A program made the translations under genes and the position numbers. The notes under the pieces were generated by a model. The model did not search any database, was not told where the DNA came from, and saw only the letters and a list, made by a program, of their open reading frames with translations. From Parcubacteria group bacterium Gr01-1014_8 (GTDB lineage Bacteria; Patescibacteriota; Minisyncoccia; Phycocordibacterales; UBA2100): a DNA stretch of 64,000 nt. Location of the stretch: contig VMGC01000001.1 of assembly GCA_007376385.1 (NCBI GenBank), positions 224,001 to 288,000 on the forward strand. The letters are read 5' to 3'. Positions 47,466 to 57,542 of the stretch are shown here, in pieces; the first letter of the stretch is position 1, and the number at the start of each line of letters is the position of its first letter.

Positions 47466-47895
47466 GTTTTCCATATTTAATTTCGAGATCGTGGAGAGCA
47501 TCTTCAGCTGAAGTAATCTGATCCAGAAACCACGGTTCGTCCTTCCAGATTTGCCCGTCCATCCTTTTGTCGACCAAAAATCCTTTTAGTCCATCACGCC
47601 ACATCGTGAGCCGTTGTTTTGTTGTTCTGTATGCTGCTTCTCTAATGACGAGATGTTTTTTCGTTTGTCCTACAGCAGCTAAAAAGAGCGCGTATCCCCG
47701 AAGAATTTTCGCGCCCTGATTTAGAACTTGAGATTTCAATACTTGAGGGGGTGTTCTTTCCAAAGGGCCGCCCGCATTCTCAACCACCCATTCTGCTATC
47801 CTGTCCCAGTATTGAACGACCGTACGCACTCTTTCTTCAAAAGTTCCATTCGGCAAATCAAAATCTTTAAATGAACGCGACTCGGGACGGTTCAT
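47452..47895 (-). CDS. Hypothetical protein (147 aa)
   Basis: ORF without motifs, convergent with murC. Confidence 0.4.
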   Translation of the reverse strand: MNRPESRSFKDFDLPNGTFEERVRTVVQYWDRIAEWVVENAGGPLERTPPQVLKSQVLNQGAKILRGYALFLAAVGQTKKHLVIREAAYRTTKQRLTMWRDGLKGFLVDKRMDGQIWKDEPWFLDQITSAEDALHDLEIKYGKLIEQ

Positions 47896-47956
47896 AGATA
47901 CATCTTACAGAACAGAACGATTTCCGCCACGATCTCATATATGTTACAAAGCTCGC

Positions 47957-48640
47957 ATGGGAAAACTCTCAATTGTCGCGACCTCTATTGGCAATCTCGA
48001 AGACATCACGCTCCGAGCTCTACGGATACTCAAGGAGTGTAACGTCATCTACTGCGAAGATACACGTGTTACATCAAAACTTCTCGCTCGGTATGAGATA
48101 CAGAAACCACTGTTCCGGCTTGATGTGGTTACCGAACGAGAAAAAACGCCGGAAGTTATCAATCGTTTGGAGAGGGGAGAAAAGGTAGTCTATGTCTCTG
48201 ATGCGGGAACGCCGGGCGGACTTTCTGACCCGGGCTCTTACCTTGTGGCTCACGTTCGAAAAGAACTGCCAGAGGTGAAGATCGAAGCAATTCCAGGCGC
48301 TTCACCCCTGACTGCTGCGATATCAATCGGAGGTGTTCTTATGAACGAATTCCTCTTTCGCGGATTTTTGCCGCACAAGAAAGGAAGACAGACTGCACTT
48401 AAAGAAATCGCTTCAAGCGAGAGACCCGTTGTTCTTTTTGAGTCTCCGCATCGTATCCTGAAATTGCTTGCTGAATTGGAGAAGTTGATCCCCGAAGCTC
48501 ATGTTGTCATCGCGAGGGAACTCACTAAAATTCACGAGGAAATTGTGACCGGAACGGCACGCGAAGTGGCAGCCTCACTGCAGGAGCGCGATGCCGTACG
48601 CGGCGAGTTTGTTGTTCTTGTAGAGCCTACTAGAGAGTAA
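47957..48640 (+). CDS. rsmI: 16S rRNA (cytidine1402-2'-O)-methyltransferase RsmI (tetrapyrrole-methylase fold)
   Basis: LSIVATSIGNLEDITLRALRILKECNVIYCEDTRVTSKLL and DAGTPGGLSDPG are RsmI signatures. Confidence 0.85.
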   Translation: MGKLSIVATSIGNLEDITLRALRILKECNVIYCEDTRVTSKLLARYEIQKPLFRLDVVTEREKTPEVINRLERGEKVVYVSDAGTPGGLSDPGSYLVAHVRKELPEVKIEAIPGASPLTAAISIGGVLMNEFLFRGFLPHKKGRQTALKEIASSERPVVLFESPHRILKLLAELEKLIPEAHVVIARELTKIHEEIVTGTAREVAASLQERDAVRGEFVVLVEPTRE

Positions 48641-48666
48641 CGCCAGGAGGCGATATACTACCGGAC

Positions 48667-48918
48667 ATGACACTAGATGCTCTCATAATGCTTCTTGGTA
48701 CATTCGTTGCGATCCTGCCTTTTTTGGGGTTTCCGAACAGTTGGGACACTATCATGTTGTTAGTTGCCGGTATTCTGCTTGTAGTTCTTGGTATCGTCGT
48801 GCGCAGAAGACTTGCTCGAAAGAATGGCGGCTCCCTAGCCGGGCAGGCCGGTCCGCATGCGCACGCCTCAGCAGAAAAATCATCTCTGGATCCTTCTCGG
48901 CATGAACCCATGCACTAA
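48667..48918 (+). CDS. Hypothetical small membrane protein (83 aa)
   Basis: Two hydrophobic helices. Confidence 0.3.
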   Translation: MTLDALIMLLGTFVAILPFLGFPNSWDTIMLLVAGILLVVLGIVVRRRLARKNGGSLAGQAGPHAHASAEKSSLDPSRHEPMH

Positions 48919-49009
48919 ATTTTGGCATGGCTTTCGCCTTGCTTTCAGCGCGTGAGACAATGGCGTGTGACGCTTAGAATCGTACTACGTCTTCTACATA
49001 TCAATTCGC

Positions 49010-50314
49010 ATGGGAAATAATGCCAAAATTAGTGACCGGGCAGGCAGCCGTAGGCCAAAGCCCCGCCGATACGGGCTTATGCTCGCATGTGCGGCAGCTT
49101 TTCTTGCTGTTGGCCTGTATTTTAGCGGATGGAGTACCAGCATCGCCATAGCTCTATCGGGCGCATACGATACTCTGGTTCCACCGACGGTTTCATTCGA
49201 TAGAGCTGATCCGGATCCCGAAAGTGAGCCGCTTCTTCCCCCAAAACCTGTAGTCGAGCACGCTCCGACTCCTAAAGAAGTAAAGGCAGTGTACATGACA
49301 CAGTGCTACGGAGGCACGCCGTCGCTCCGCTCCGGCCTTATCAAGCTCGTTAATAACACCGAGCTGAATTCTATTGTTCTCGACCTCAAGGATTACAGCG
49401 GTACCGTATCGTTCCCATCGAAAGTTGCGCTAGAAGGAGGTGGTTGCACAATATCTGATTTTCGAGATTTAATTAAGCAAATGCACGACAACAACATTTA
49501 TGTCATCGGCAGGCTCACCGTATTCCAAGATCCCGTATATACAAAAGCACACCCTGAAGAAGCGGTACAAAGCGTTTCAAGGAACGGGCCATGGAAAGAT
49601 AGAAAAGGCCTCTCGTTCGTGGATGTCGGCTCTAGTGCATTTCACTCGTACATCATTGCACTTGCCCGCGAAGGGCATGACCTTGGCGTCGATGAGATAA
49701 ATTTTGATTACGTTCGATATCCATCGGACGGGGACATGAAGGATGCGGAGTATGCGCATTCAGAGGGGAGTCATCCGGAAATGCTCGAGAAATTCTTCAA
49801 GAAACTTAGCGAAGCAGTTCGTGCTGACCAGCCTGACCACATGCCGGTACTTTCCGCTGACCTTTTCGGGATGACGACGACCAATACGGATGATCTGAAT
49901 ATTGGGCAGGTCTTAGAACGTACTCTTCCGTATTTCGACTACATCGCGCCGATGGTGTATCCATCTCACTATCCAACGGGTTTTCATGGGTACAAGAATG
50001 TGAATGCGAACTCATATGGCATCGTACACTTTTCAATGAGCGAATCAGTGCGACGTACAGTCGCATCGACAACGCCAGTTGAAGCGCTTGCGTACGAACG
50101 TATGGGAACCTCGACACCTGCCGTCTATAAAAAACCAGTGTATGACAAGCAAAAAATGCGCCCTTGGCTCCAAGATTTTGACTACCCCGTTGCGTATACT
50201 CCAGCGATGGTGCAGGAACAGATAAAAGCGACCCACGATTCAGGACTCAACTCATGGATGTTCTGGGATCCTGCGAATAGATACGATAGCTTGCGCCAAG
50301 TGCTGTCGCAGTAG
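49010..50314 (+). CDS. Putative membrane-anchored glycoside-hydrolase-like TIM-barrel protein (GHL/DUF4015-like)
   Basis: N-terminal TM. Motifs VLDLKDYSG, GRLTVFQDP, INFDYVRYPSDG and MVYPSHY are typical of glycoside-hydrolase-like families. Confidence 0.5.
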   Translation: MGNNAKISDRAGSRRPKPRRYGLMLACAAAFLAVGLYFSGWSTSIAIALSGAYDTLVPPTVSFDRADPDPESEPLLPPKPVVEHAPTPKEVKAVYMTQCYGGTPSLRSGLIKLVNNTELNSIVLDLKDYSGTVSFPSKVALEGGGCTISDFRDLIKQMHDNNIYVIGRLTVFQDPVYTKAHPEEAVQSVSRNGPWKDRKGLSFVDVGSSAFHSYIIALAREGHDLGVDEINFDYVRYPSDGDMKDAEYAHSEGSHPEMLEKFFKKLSEAVRADQPDHMPVLSADLFGMTTTNTDDLNIGQVLERTLPYFDYIAPMVYPSHYPTGFHGYKNVNANSYGIVHFSMSESVRRTVASTTPVEALAYERMGTSTPAVYKKPVYDKQKMRPWLQDFDYPVAYTPAMVQEQIKATHDSGLNSWMFWDPANRYDSLRQVLSQ

Positions 50315-50316
50315 GT

Positions 50317-51162
50317 ATGGGATTATTTGACTGGGCCAGAGGAAAATCCAACGAAAAATTGCGAGCGGGCCGGCGGGCTCGCGAGCAAATTATGTCTGCT
50401 GCACATGCAAAAGCGATTGCTGCAGCACAAAGCGAGACCATCCATGATGACTGGGCGTATATCGATTCTCCATTAGAGCTGCCTCCGGCACATATTGGGT
50501 CGTTCGATGAGACGTTCAAGAGAGTTCTTCCGGTAGAGACCTTGCCGCACGAGAGGAATTTGCGACGATATATCGAGCGCACATTTGAGCATAAGAAAGG
50601 CGGCGTTATAGGCATCGAATTTGGCGGCCCTGCGTCAAGGCTTTTTGCCGGCTTCACTCCCGGTTTTTTTAAAAAGTCGCTTGGCGTATCAATCAGGGAT
50701 TATAGAAAAGAAGAAGTGCGGCAATCTGACGCCAAACGGCACCATGCTGTCATAACTGGGAATATGTTGTGGGAAGAGACGGAAGAACGTGTGGACGAAT
50801 GGTTAGGGGGGGAAAAAGTGGATGTAGGATTTCAACGGCTTTTGGACGGGTTCGAGTTCATTCCTATAGAGCCGTATACGCTCGGTGCATGGATACAGCG
50901 GCGATACCGGCAGTTAAGCGACGTCGGCCTGCTCGTTCTGCAGGTTCCGCTTACTATGCAACCGTTCCTTAAGCCATGGTCCGAAGCAATACAAGCGAAG
51001 TGTGGTGATAGGATACAATTTCAATTCGTCGAAGGAACGAACGATCGATCAACGTTCGAAACAGGAGCGCTGCGAATTCAAAAAATGAAAGGAGCGCCCG
51101 AAGAATTGCCACCCTTAGATGCACGTACGATTCGAAATATAACTGAAATTTCTCGGAAATGA
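50317..51162 (+). CDS. Hypothetical protein (281 aa)
   Basis: No recognisable motifs. Start is 3 nt after the previous stop. Confidence 0.45.
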   Translation: MGLFDWARGKSNEKLRAGRRAREQIMSAAHAKAIAAAQSETIHDDWAYIDSPLELPPAHIGSFDETFKRVLPVETLPHERNLRRYIERTFEHKKGGVIGIEFGGPASRLFAGFTPGFFKKSLGVSIRDYRKEEVRQSDAKRHHAVITGNMLWEETEERVDEWLGGEKVDVGFQRLLDGFEFIPIEPYTLGAWIQRRYRQLSDVGLLVLQVPLTMQPFLKPWSEAIQAKCGDRIQFQFVEGTNDRSTFETGALRIQKMKGAPEELPPLDARTIRNITEISRK

Positions 51163-51191
51163 GCAATGTGAAGCGGTGATATACTTCGGAG

Positions 51192-52820
51192 ATGCACGTC
51201 GATCAGAATAATCCGGACCGTCGTGTCACCTATTTTGCGTCCACCCATACGCGCGGCCAGCGCGAGCTTTTTGGCATTCGTGGGGAGGATCGAGGCAAGC
51301 ATATATACCTCATTGGAAAGACCGGTATGGGCAAGTCGACCCTGATGGAGAATATGGCAATTCAGGACATACAGAATGGCGAGGGCATCTGTTTTATCGA
51401 CCCGCACGGAGCAACAGCAGAAAAACTTCTCGACTTTGTACCCTACGAGCGCATCAAGGATGTCGTGTATTTTGCGCCATTTGATACCGATTACCCGTTC
51501 GGCTTTAACGTGATGGAGGACGTAGGGTATGACAAACGCCATCTTGTCGTTTCAGGACTCATCGGTGCGTTCAAGCGTATCTGGGTAGATATGTGGAGTG
51601 CTCGGATGGAATACATCCTCCAGAATACTCTCCTTGCACTTCTTGAATACCCCGACGCAACGCTCCTCGACGTGAATCGGATGCTCTCGAACAAAGAATT
51701 TCGGAAAGCGGTGATCGAGAAGATCTCGGACCCTATCGTCAAAACATTCTGGAAAGAAGAATTTGCGACCTACACCGACCGTTATACGCAAGAGGCGACG
51801 CCCGCGATACAAAACAAGGTCGGTCAATTCACTGCGAACCCGTTGGTGCGCAATATTGTGGGACAGCCAAAATCATCATTTGACCTGCGAAAGATGATGG
51901 ATGAGAAAAAGATATTCATTATCAACCTCTCGAAAGGAAGAATGGGCGAGTCGAACGCGTCGCTTCTGGGCAGCATGCTTACGGTAAAGATCTATCTCGC
52001 TGCCATGTCGCGCGCAGACGAACCCGCCTCGCGTCTCGCACAATTGCCGCGCGTCTATTTCTATGTTGATGAGTTCCAATCGATGATGAATGAGGCTTTT
52101 GCCGACATCCTTTCCGAGTCGCGAAAATATAAACTTGCGCTCACTCTCGCGAACCAATACATCGAACAGATGGAAGAAAATGTGCGTAACGCGGTTTTTG
52201 GCAACGTGGGAACGTTGATAGCGTTCCGTGTCGGCCCGTTTGACGCGGAAGTGTTAAAGACGATTTTCGAGCCGACATTCACGCCAGAGGATCTTGTGGG
52301 ATTAGGCGTTGGCCACATCTATTTGACGCTCATGATAGATGGAGTCGGTTCACAGCCTTTTTCTGCGGAGACGATACCTCCCATAGACTTGCCTTCTGTC
52401 TCGTATCGGCAAGATGTCGTGCATTATTCGCGGGCAACATACGGGCGTCCTCGGGCGGAAATGGAGACGCTTGTATTGAAGCGGCAGGAGGATTTTGCGC
52501 CGCTTTCCAAACAGGACAGGAAGAAGGCGCAAGCGGCAAAAAGGCCGGATGAGGCGGAGATGCCACATAGAGAGGAGGGTTCGAGTGCGGATCGCGCCGC
52601 CTTGCGTGCGGCATTAAGTGCGGCCAAGACAGAGGCGCCGAACATGAATGGCAAGACGCCAATTGAGATCCTTCGCGCACGCAAGGCGGCGAAGGAAGCG
52701 CGCTCATCGCACGGCGCTGATGCACAATCGCCTCCAAAGGCGGCGCAGCAGGAACAGCGAGAAGGAGAAATATCACCGGAAGTGCTGCAAAGGATCCTTC
52801 GCGGCAACGATCCAGTATGA
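51192..52820 (+). CDS. Soluble TraD/VirD4-like P-loop ATPase (FtsK/HerA superfamily, DUF87/TraG-D_C-type) with a low-complexity Lys/Ala-rich tail
   Basis: Walker A YLIGKTGMGKST...FIDPHG and Walker B VYFYVDEFQ. There are no N-terminal TM helices. The C-terminal ~120 aa are K/A/E-rich. Confidence 0.55.
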   Translation: MHVDQNNPDRRVTYFASTHTRGQRELFGIRGEDRGKHIYLIGKTGMGKSTLMENMAIQDIQNGEGICFIDPHGATAEKLLDFVPYERIKDVVYFAPFDTDYPFGFNVMEDVGYDKRHLVVSGLIGAFKRIWVDMWSARMEYILQNTLLALLEYPDATLLDVNRMLSNKEFRKAVIEKISDPIVKTFWKEEFATYTDRYTQEATPAIQNKVGQFTANPLVRNIVGQPKSSFDLRKMMDEKKIFIINLSKGRMGESNASLLGSMLTVKIYLAAMSRADEPASRLAQLPRVYFYVDEFQSMMNEAFADILSESRKYKLALTLANQYIEQMEENVRNAVFGNVGTLIAFRVGPFDAEVLKTIFEPTFTPEDLVGLGVGHIYLTLMIDGVGSQPFSAETIPPIDLPSVSYRQDVVHYSRATYGRPRAEMETLVLKRQEDFAPLSKQDRKKAQAAKRPDEAEMPHREEGSSADRAALRAALSAAKTEAPNMNGKTPIEILRARKAAKEARSSHGADAQSPPKAAQQEQREGEISPEVLQRILRGNDPV

Positions 52821-53764
52821 TTCCGCAGAGAACTCTGTTGTTATCAATAGCAGCGTTGTTTGTTCCGGGTGCTGTGTCCGCGCAAGTCGTCATTACCGAA
52901 TTGATGTACGACCTTTCTGAGGGCTCTGATACAGGGCGCGAATGGATAGAAGTATGGAATAGCGGAACAGAGCCCATAGAGCTTACAAACTGGAAGTTGT
53001 TAGAAGCGAATACGAACCATGGCATAAACGCAGTAGGAACTGAAACGCTGGCCCCCGGCGAGTATGCAGTTATCGCTGACAATCCGGCAAAATTTAAAAA
53101 CGATTGGCCTTCTTTTTCGGGAATATTATTTGATTCTTCTTTTTCTCTGAATAATGCCGGTGAACAGTTGATTCTGCGTTGCTGTGGAAAAGAGCTAAGC
53201 GATAAGGATTCGGTGACGTATTCGAGCGAGTGGGGAGGTGCGGGAGACGGCGCGTCGCTCGCGAAAAGCGGTTCATCGTTCATTGCGGCGCAGCCTTCGC
53301 CGGGCTCGGGCTCAGTTGTTGCATTTGCTGTTCCTGAACCTGAATTGCGGTCAGAACCGCCACCTCAACAAAAAGCAGTACAGCAAGAAATTGCAAAGAA
53401 ATCGGAACCGGACAATAAAGAGAGTCCCGCACAAGATCCGAGCGCGGATGTTGCTTCGCAAGTTACAACAGCTCCATCTGTGCAAAAACAAGATGAGGCT
53501 CCAAAAAAGATAGCAAAGAAAACCACCCCTTCTGCTCAAAAAGACCCCGTGCAGAATTCTGAAGAGGAGGTCATTGTTGAGGCCACCGATACAAAGGGCG
53601 TAATAAGCGATAGCAATCAGGCCGCTGCGGTAGCGAGCACGGAAACGAATAACGTGATGTGGTGGGGAGGAGCAGTCACGCTTACAGCCCTCGGGGCAGG
53701 GGCAGTAGTCTTTCTACAGCGAAGCAGAAAAAAGGAATGGGATATTGTTGAGGAAAAAGAGTAG
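52817..53764 (+). CDS. Lamin-tail-domain (LTD) surface protein with signal peptide and C-terminal TM anchor
   Basis: Signal peptide, VVITELMYDLSEGSDTGREWIEVWNSGTEPIELTNWKL...APGEYAVIA (LTD signature), an acidic/low-complexity linker and a C-terminal hydrophobic helix. The start overlaps the ATPase stop. Confidence 0.7.
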   Translation: MIPQRTLLLSIAALFVPGAVSAQVVITELMYDLSEGSDTGREWIEVWNSGTEPIELTNWKLLEANTNHGINAVGTETLAPGEYAVIADNPAKFKNDWPSFSGILFDSSFSLNNAGEQLILRCCGKELSDKDSVTYSSEWGGAGDGASLAKSGSSFIAAQPSPGSGSVVAFAVPEPELRSEPPPQQKAVQQEIAKKSEPDNKESPAQDPSADVASQVTTAPSVQKQDEAPKKIAKKTTPSAQKDPVQNSEEEVIVEATDTKGVISDSNQAAAVASTETNNVMWWGGAVTLTALGAGAVVFLQRSRKKEWDIVEEKE

Positions 53765-53908
53765 TGTATGCGAAACTCTTTTTTGGCGCAGGTGTTTTGC
53801 CGTCGCTATCTGGCACTGTTGTGCCAGCGCTCAGGCTCGTCCTCGTCAGGCCTGCGCAAACGGCAAAATACCTACGCCTTCGACGAGTTTTGCGGTGTGG
53901 TGTAAGGT

Positions 53909-54784
53909 ATGGAAATGCGAAATACAGAGAGGAAAACGATCCTCGTTACGGGAGGCGCGGGATTTGTCGGCTCGCATTTGTGCCGTAGGCTTGTGAGAGA
54001 TGGTCACAAAGTCATTTCGCTCGACAACTACTTCACTGGCTCGAAAGAAAATCATGTCGAGGGCGTTGAGTATCGAGAAGGACACACGAAGGATATCGAG
54101 GAGCACGTTACAGAAACACCCGACCTCATCTATCATCTCGGCGAATATTCCCGTGTTGAGATAAGTTTGAATGAGCCTGCGCTCGTGTGGGATCTGAACA
54201 AAGCCGGCACCTTCGGCGTTCTTGAGTTTTGGCGCAAGAAAGGCTGCAAGCTGGTGTATGCAGGCTCGTCGACGAAATTCGGCGACGGCGGGATGGGTCG
54301 CGACCAAAGTCCGTATGCATGGACGAAGGCGTCGAATACTGAACTTACAAGAAACTACGGTGCTTGGTACAAGCTGCCGTATGCCATCACATATTTCTAC
54401 AATGTGTATGGCCCCGGAGAGAGGGCGGGGGCGTATGGAACTCTTATCGAGATATTCAGACAAAAATTCTTGAAGAAAGAACCATTGACCGTGGTTGCAC
54501 CGGGAACGCAAAAAAGGAACTTCACGTATATCGACGATATTATCGAGGGATTAGTCCTGGTCGGCGAAAAAGGAGAAGGAGATGATTTTGGGCTTGGCGA
54601 TGTGCGGGAATATTCGGTGCTTGAGATCGCAAAGATGTTCGGCGGCCCTGTCGAAATGCTCCCGACCAGGGCCGGGAATCGCATGAGCTCTTCTGTTGAT
54701 ACGTCAAAAGCATCAGCCATCGGATGGAGCGTCAAGCACAGCGTCGAGGACTACATCAAGAACATTATCTCTGCGGGAACATGA
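53909..54784 (+). CDS. NAD-dependent epimerase/dehydratase, UDP-glucuronate decarboxylase (UXS)-like
   Basis: ILVTGGAGFVGSHL Rossmann motif, and SLDNYFTGSKENH typical of UXS/ArnA-type decarboxylases. Confidence 0.7.
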   Translation: MEMRNTERKTILVTGGAGFVGSHLCRRLVRDGHKVISLDNYFTGSKENHVEGVEYREGHTKDIEEHVTETPDLIYHLGEYSRVEISLNEPALVWDLNKAGTFGVLEFWRKKGCKLVYAGSSTKFGDGGMGRDQSPYAWTKASNTELTRNYGAWYKLPYAITYFYNVYGPGERAGAYGTLIEIFRQKFLKKEPLTVVAPGTQKRNFTYIDDIIEGLVLVGEKGEGDDFGLGDVREYSVLEIAKMFGGPVEMLPTRAGNRMSSSVDTSKASAIGWSVKHSVEDYIKNIISAGT

Positions 54785-54825
54785 ACCCCGTGAGATAAAC
54801 TATTTGACCGTGAAGAAACGCTGAT

Positions 54826-56094
54826 ATGGAGAAAGAAAATGAAGCTCATTCCTCTGAATCGAAGGGTATATCTCATGGGGTGAAGCGCGTTTTAATTTTC
54901 TCCCTAGGATATTTTCCGAATGCCGTCGGGGGCGCAGAAGTCGCTATCAAAGAGATAACGCAGCGCATTCCAGATATCGAGTTCCACATGGTGACGAATC
55001 GCTACGATTCGACACTGCCGAAGGTAGAGAAAATCGGCAGCATACTCGTACACCGCATCGGCATCAGTTCGAAGAGGCCTTCGATAGCTGATCTGCGCCG
55101 GTGGCCGCTGCACCTCAACAAATTTTTGTATCAATTTCTTGCAGCGTGGAAAGCGATCAAGCTCCATCGAACATATAAGTACGATGCACTGTGGGCGATG
55201 ATGGCGCATTCATGCGGCGTGCCAGCCGCGATATTCAAAATGAGGAATATGGATGTGCCCTACGTGCTAACGCTCCAAGAAGGTGATCCGCCTGCCTATA
55301 TTGAGAGAAAGATGTGGCTTCTGTGGCCCTTCTTCAAACGAGCGTTTACCTCGGCCGATATCGTTCAGGCGATCTCGACGTTTCTTGGAAAATGGGCGAC
55401 GCACCGCGGCTTCAAAGGACCCTTGGAAATAATTCCAAATGCAGTTGATATTCAGCATTTTTCCGAAGAACCGCCGCTGTATTTGGTGAATGAAATAAAA
55501 GATGGACTCAGTAAGAGAATGGGGGACGTATTTGTGATAACAACGTCGCGTTTGGTACATAAGAATGCCGTGGACGATGTCATTCGAGCGCTTCCGAAAC
55601 TCCAAGAGAATGTGAAGTTCATTATTCTCGGCGTCGGACCGGACGAAGCTAAACTAAAAAAACTGGCGAAAGATCTGAATGTCGCGAAGCGGGTTCAATT
55701 TGTGGGGCAAGTGAGCCATGCCGATTTGCCTAAATATTTGAAGGCGTGCGATATTTTTATCCGTCCGTCGCGCTCTGAAGGCATGGGCAACTCCTTTGTT
55801 GAAGCGATGGCGGTGGGGCTACCGGTCGTCGCAACACAAGAAGGCGGCATTGCCGATTTTCTATTCGACGAGCGTAGGGATCCCGATAAGCCAGTGACGG
55901 GGTGGGCAGTGGACAAGGATTCGCCGGAACAAATAGTGCTTACGATAAAGGAGATCATCTCGCGGCCGGAAAAAGTGCGCGCGGTAGTCGCGACGGCGCG
56001 GGAGACGGTGAAAGAGAAGTATGATTGGGATATTATCGCGGGCGATATGTGGGAGAAAGTGTTTGCGAGATTGTTTGAAGTTCGCTCGAAATGA
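54826..56094 (+). CDS. Glycosyltransferase family 4 (GT-B)
   Basis: C-terminal GT4 signature EGMGNSFVEAMAVGLPVVAT. Confidence 0.8.
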   Translation: MEKENEAHSSESKGISHGVKRVLIFSLGYFPNAVGGAEVAIKEITQRIPDIEFHMVTNRYDSTLPKVEKIGSILVHRIGISSKRPSIADLRRWPLHLNKFLYQFLAAWKAIKLHRTYKYDALWAMMAHSCGVPAAIFKMRNMDVPYVLTLQEGDPPAYIERKMWLLWPFFKRAFTSADIVQAISTFLGKWATHRGFKGPLEIIPNAVDIQHFSEEPPLYLVNEIKDGLSKRMGDVFVITTSRLVHKNAVDDVIRALPKLQENVKFIILGVGPDEAKLKKLAKDLNVAKRVQFVGQVSHADLPKYLKACDIFIRPSRSEGMGNSFVEAMAVGLPVVATQEGGIADFLFDERRDPDKPVTGWAVDKDSPEQIVLTIKEIISRPEKVRAVVATARETVKEKYDWDIIAGDMWEKVFARLFEVRSK

Positions 56095-56363
56095 AGAGAG
56101 CCGCACTGCTGCAGCTCCCTTCTCCTGTGGTTACCTAAGCCACAGGAGGATTAGAAGAATCGAGAGCGCCGTCATTCCCTGCACGGTCATCAAGTACGTA
56201 AGTGCGACAATTGCCCAGAGGCGAGCCTGGTGTAGCCCGAACCGGGCAAAGAACTTCGCTATAACGTACCAGATGCATACCTTGAGAACAATTCTGCCCA
56301 TGGTCTCCTCCTCTACCCGCGAGGAATATAGCGCCATTTATAGCAGTGCGCTAGAGTATTCAA

Positions 56364-57503
56364 ATGCGCATTCTTATCGCGACAGGAATTTTTGAACCTG
56401 AAGCGGGCGGGCCAGCGACATACACGCCCAAAATAGCGGCAAAACTGGTCCAAGCGGGCAATGAAGTTACAGTTATTACTTATTCTGATAAGAAAAAACA
56501 CGATCTTGACTCAAGATATCCCTTTCGGTTGATACGAGTCGTTCGAGGAAAATACAAGCTCGCGAATTATTATTCTTTCTTTCGAGCAGTCTCGCCGGAA
56601 TTGGTTGGAGTAGATGTCACGTATAGCCTGGATTGGATAGCTGCGGGCCTCCCTCTCACTCTTGCAGCGATGATAAAGAATATCCCTGTCGTCATCCGCG
56701 TGGGCGGGGATTACATTTGGGAAAAATATCTGCAGTCCGGCGGGTCTCCGATGCCTCTTGCCGAGTTCAATGAACGCGGCCTGTATAAACATCAAAGAAT
56801 ACTTTTTTGGATAATTATCGTCGTATTGAGGCGCGCGTTCGTCGTGTTCAACAGCGATGCGGAGCGGGATATGTACCGCCGCTTGTATGGTCTACGAGAG
56901 GAGAGGACCGGCGTCATACACAATCCTATGCCGGAGAAGGGTTGGCTAGGAGTTGTGCGTGAGAAACCGAACAATGAACTGGTGTTTGCGGGGCGATTCA
57001 TAGCGATGAAAAACATCACGTCGCTCCTTGCGGCATATGCGACGGCGCGCACTCCATTTCGTCTTGTGCTGATGGGAGAAGGTCCGGAAGAACAGAGGAT
57101 ACGAGGGGCTATCAAAGCGCTAAAGCTCGAAGAAAAGGTATCTATATATCCGCCCATGAGGCAGCAAGAACTTTTTGAAAGGATAAAGAATTCTCGTGCG
57201 CTTGTGTTGCCGAGCTGGACTGATATTGCCCCGAACCAAGTCAGTGAAGCCATCGCGCTCGGCATTCCGATCCTTGTTACCAAAGAGAATTTTCTCGTCT
57301 TTAGAGACCAATTGCCAGACATGCTCGACCCGGCATCCGTCGAAGACATCCGCCAAAAACTGGAAATGCTTGCTGACGAGATGAGGTACCAGAGTTTTGC
57401 CGAGAAGTGCCGTCGCATTGAATTTAAGAATAGTTGGGACGATGTCGTTACGAAGCATCTTGGTGTTTTTGGGCACGTACTTTCGAAGGGCACGCGTCAT
57501 TGA
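56364..57503 (+). CDS. Glycosyltransferase family 4 (GT-B)
   Basis: MRILIATGIFEPEAGGPAT N-terminus typical of GT4. Confidence 0.8.
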   Translation: MRILIATGIFEPEAGGPATYTPKIAAKLVQAGNEVTVITYSDKKKHDLDSRYPFRLIRVVRGKYKLANYYSFFRAVSPELVGVDVTYSLDWIAAGLPLTLAAMIKNIPVVIRVGGDYIWEKYLQSGGSPMPLAEFNERGLYKHQRILFWIIIVVLRRAFVVFNSDAERDMYRRLYGLREERTGVIHNPMPEKGWLGVVREKPNNELVFAGRFIAMKNITSLLAAYATARTPFRLVLMGEGPEEQRIRGAIKALKLEEKVSIYPPMRQQELFERIKNSRALVLPSWTDIAPNQVSEAIALGIPILVTKENFLVFRDQLPDMLDPASVEDIRQKLEMLADEMRYQSFAEKCRRIEFKNSWDDVVTKHLGVFGHVLSKGTRH

Positions 57504-57542
57504 AAAACGGCTCAAAAACACGTAGAGTGAGCCAAACGCACT

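Noticed and set aside
53745-53996. Two overlapping ORFs (74 and 83 aa) in the intergenic region upstream of the UXS-like gene
   Set aside because: They are overlapping alternative frames in a 140-nt intergenic spacer that run into the 5' end of the next gene. They have no motifs.
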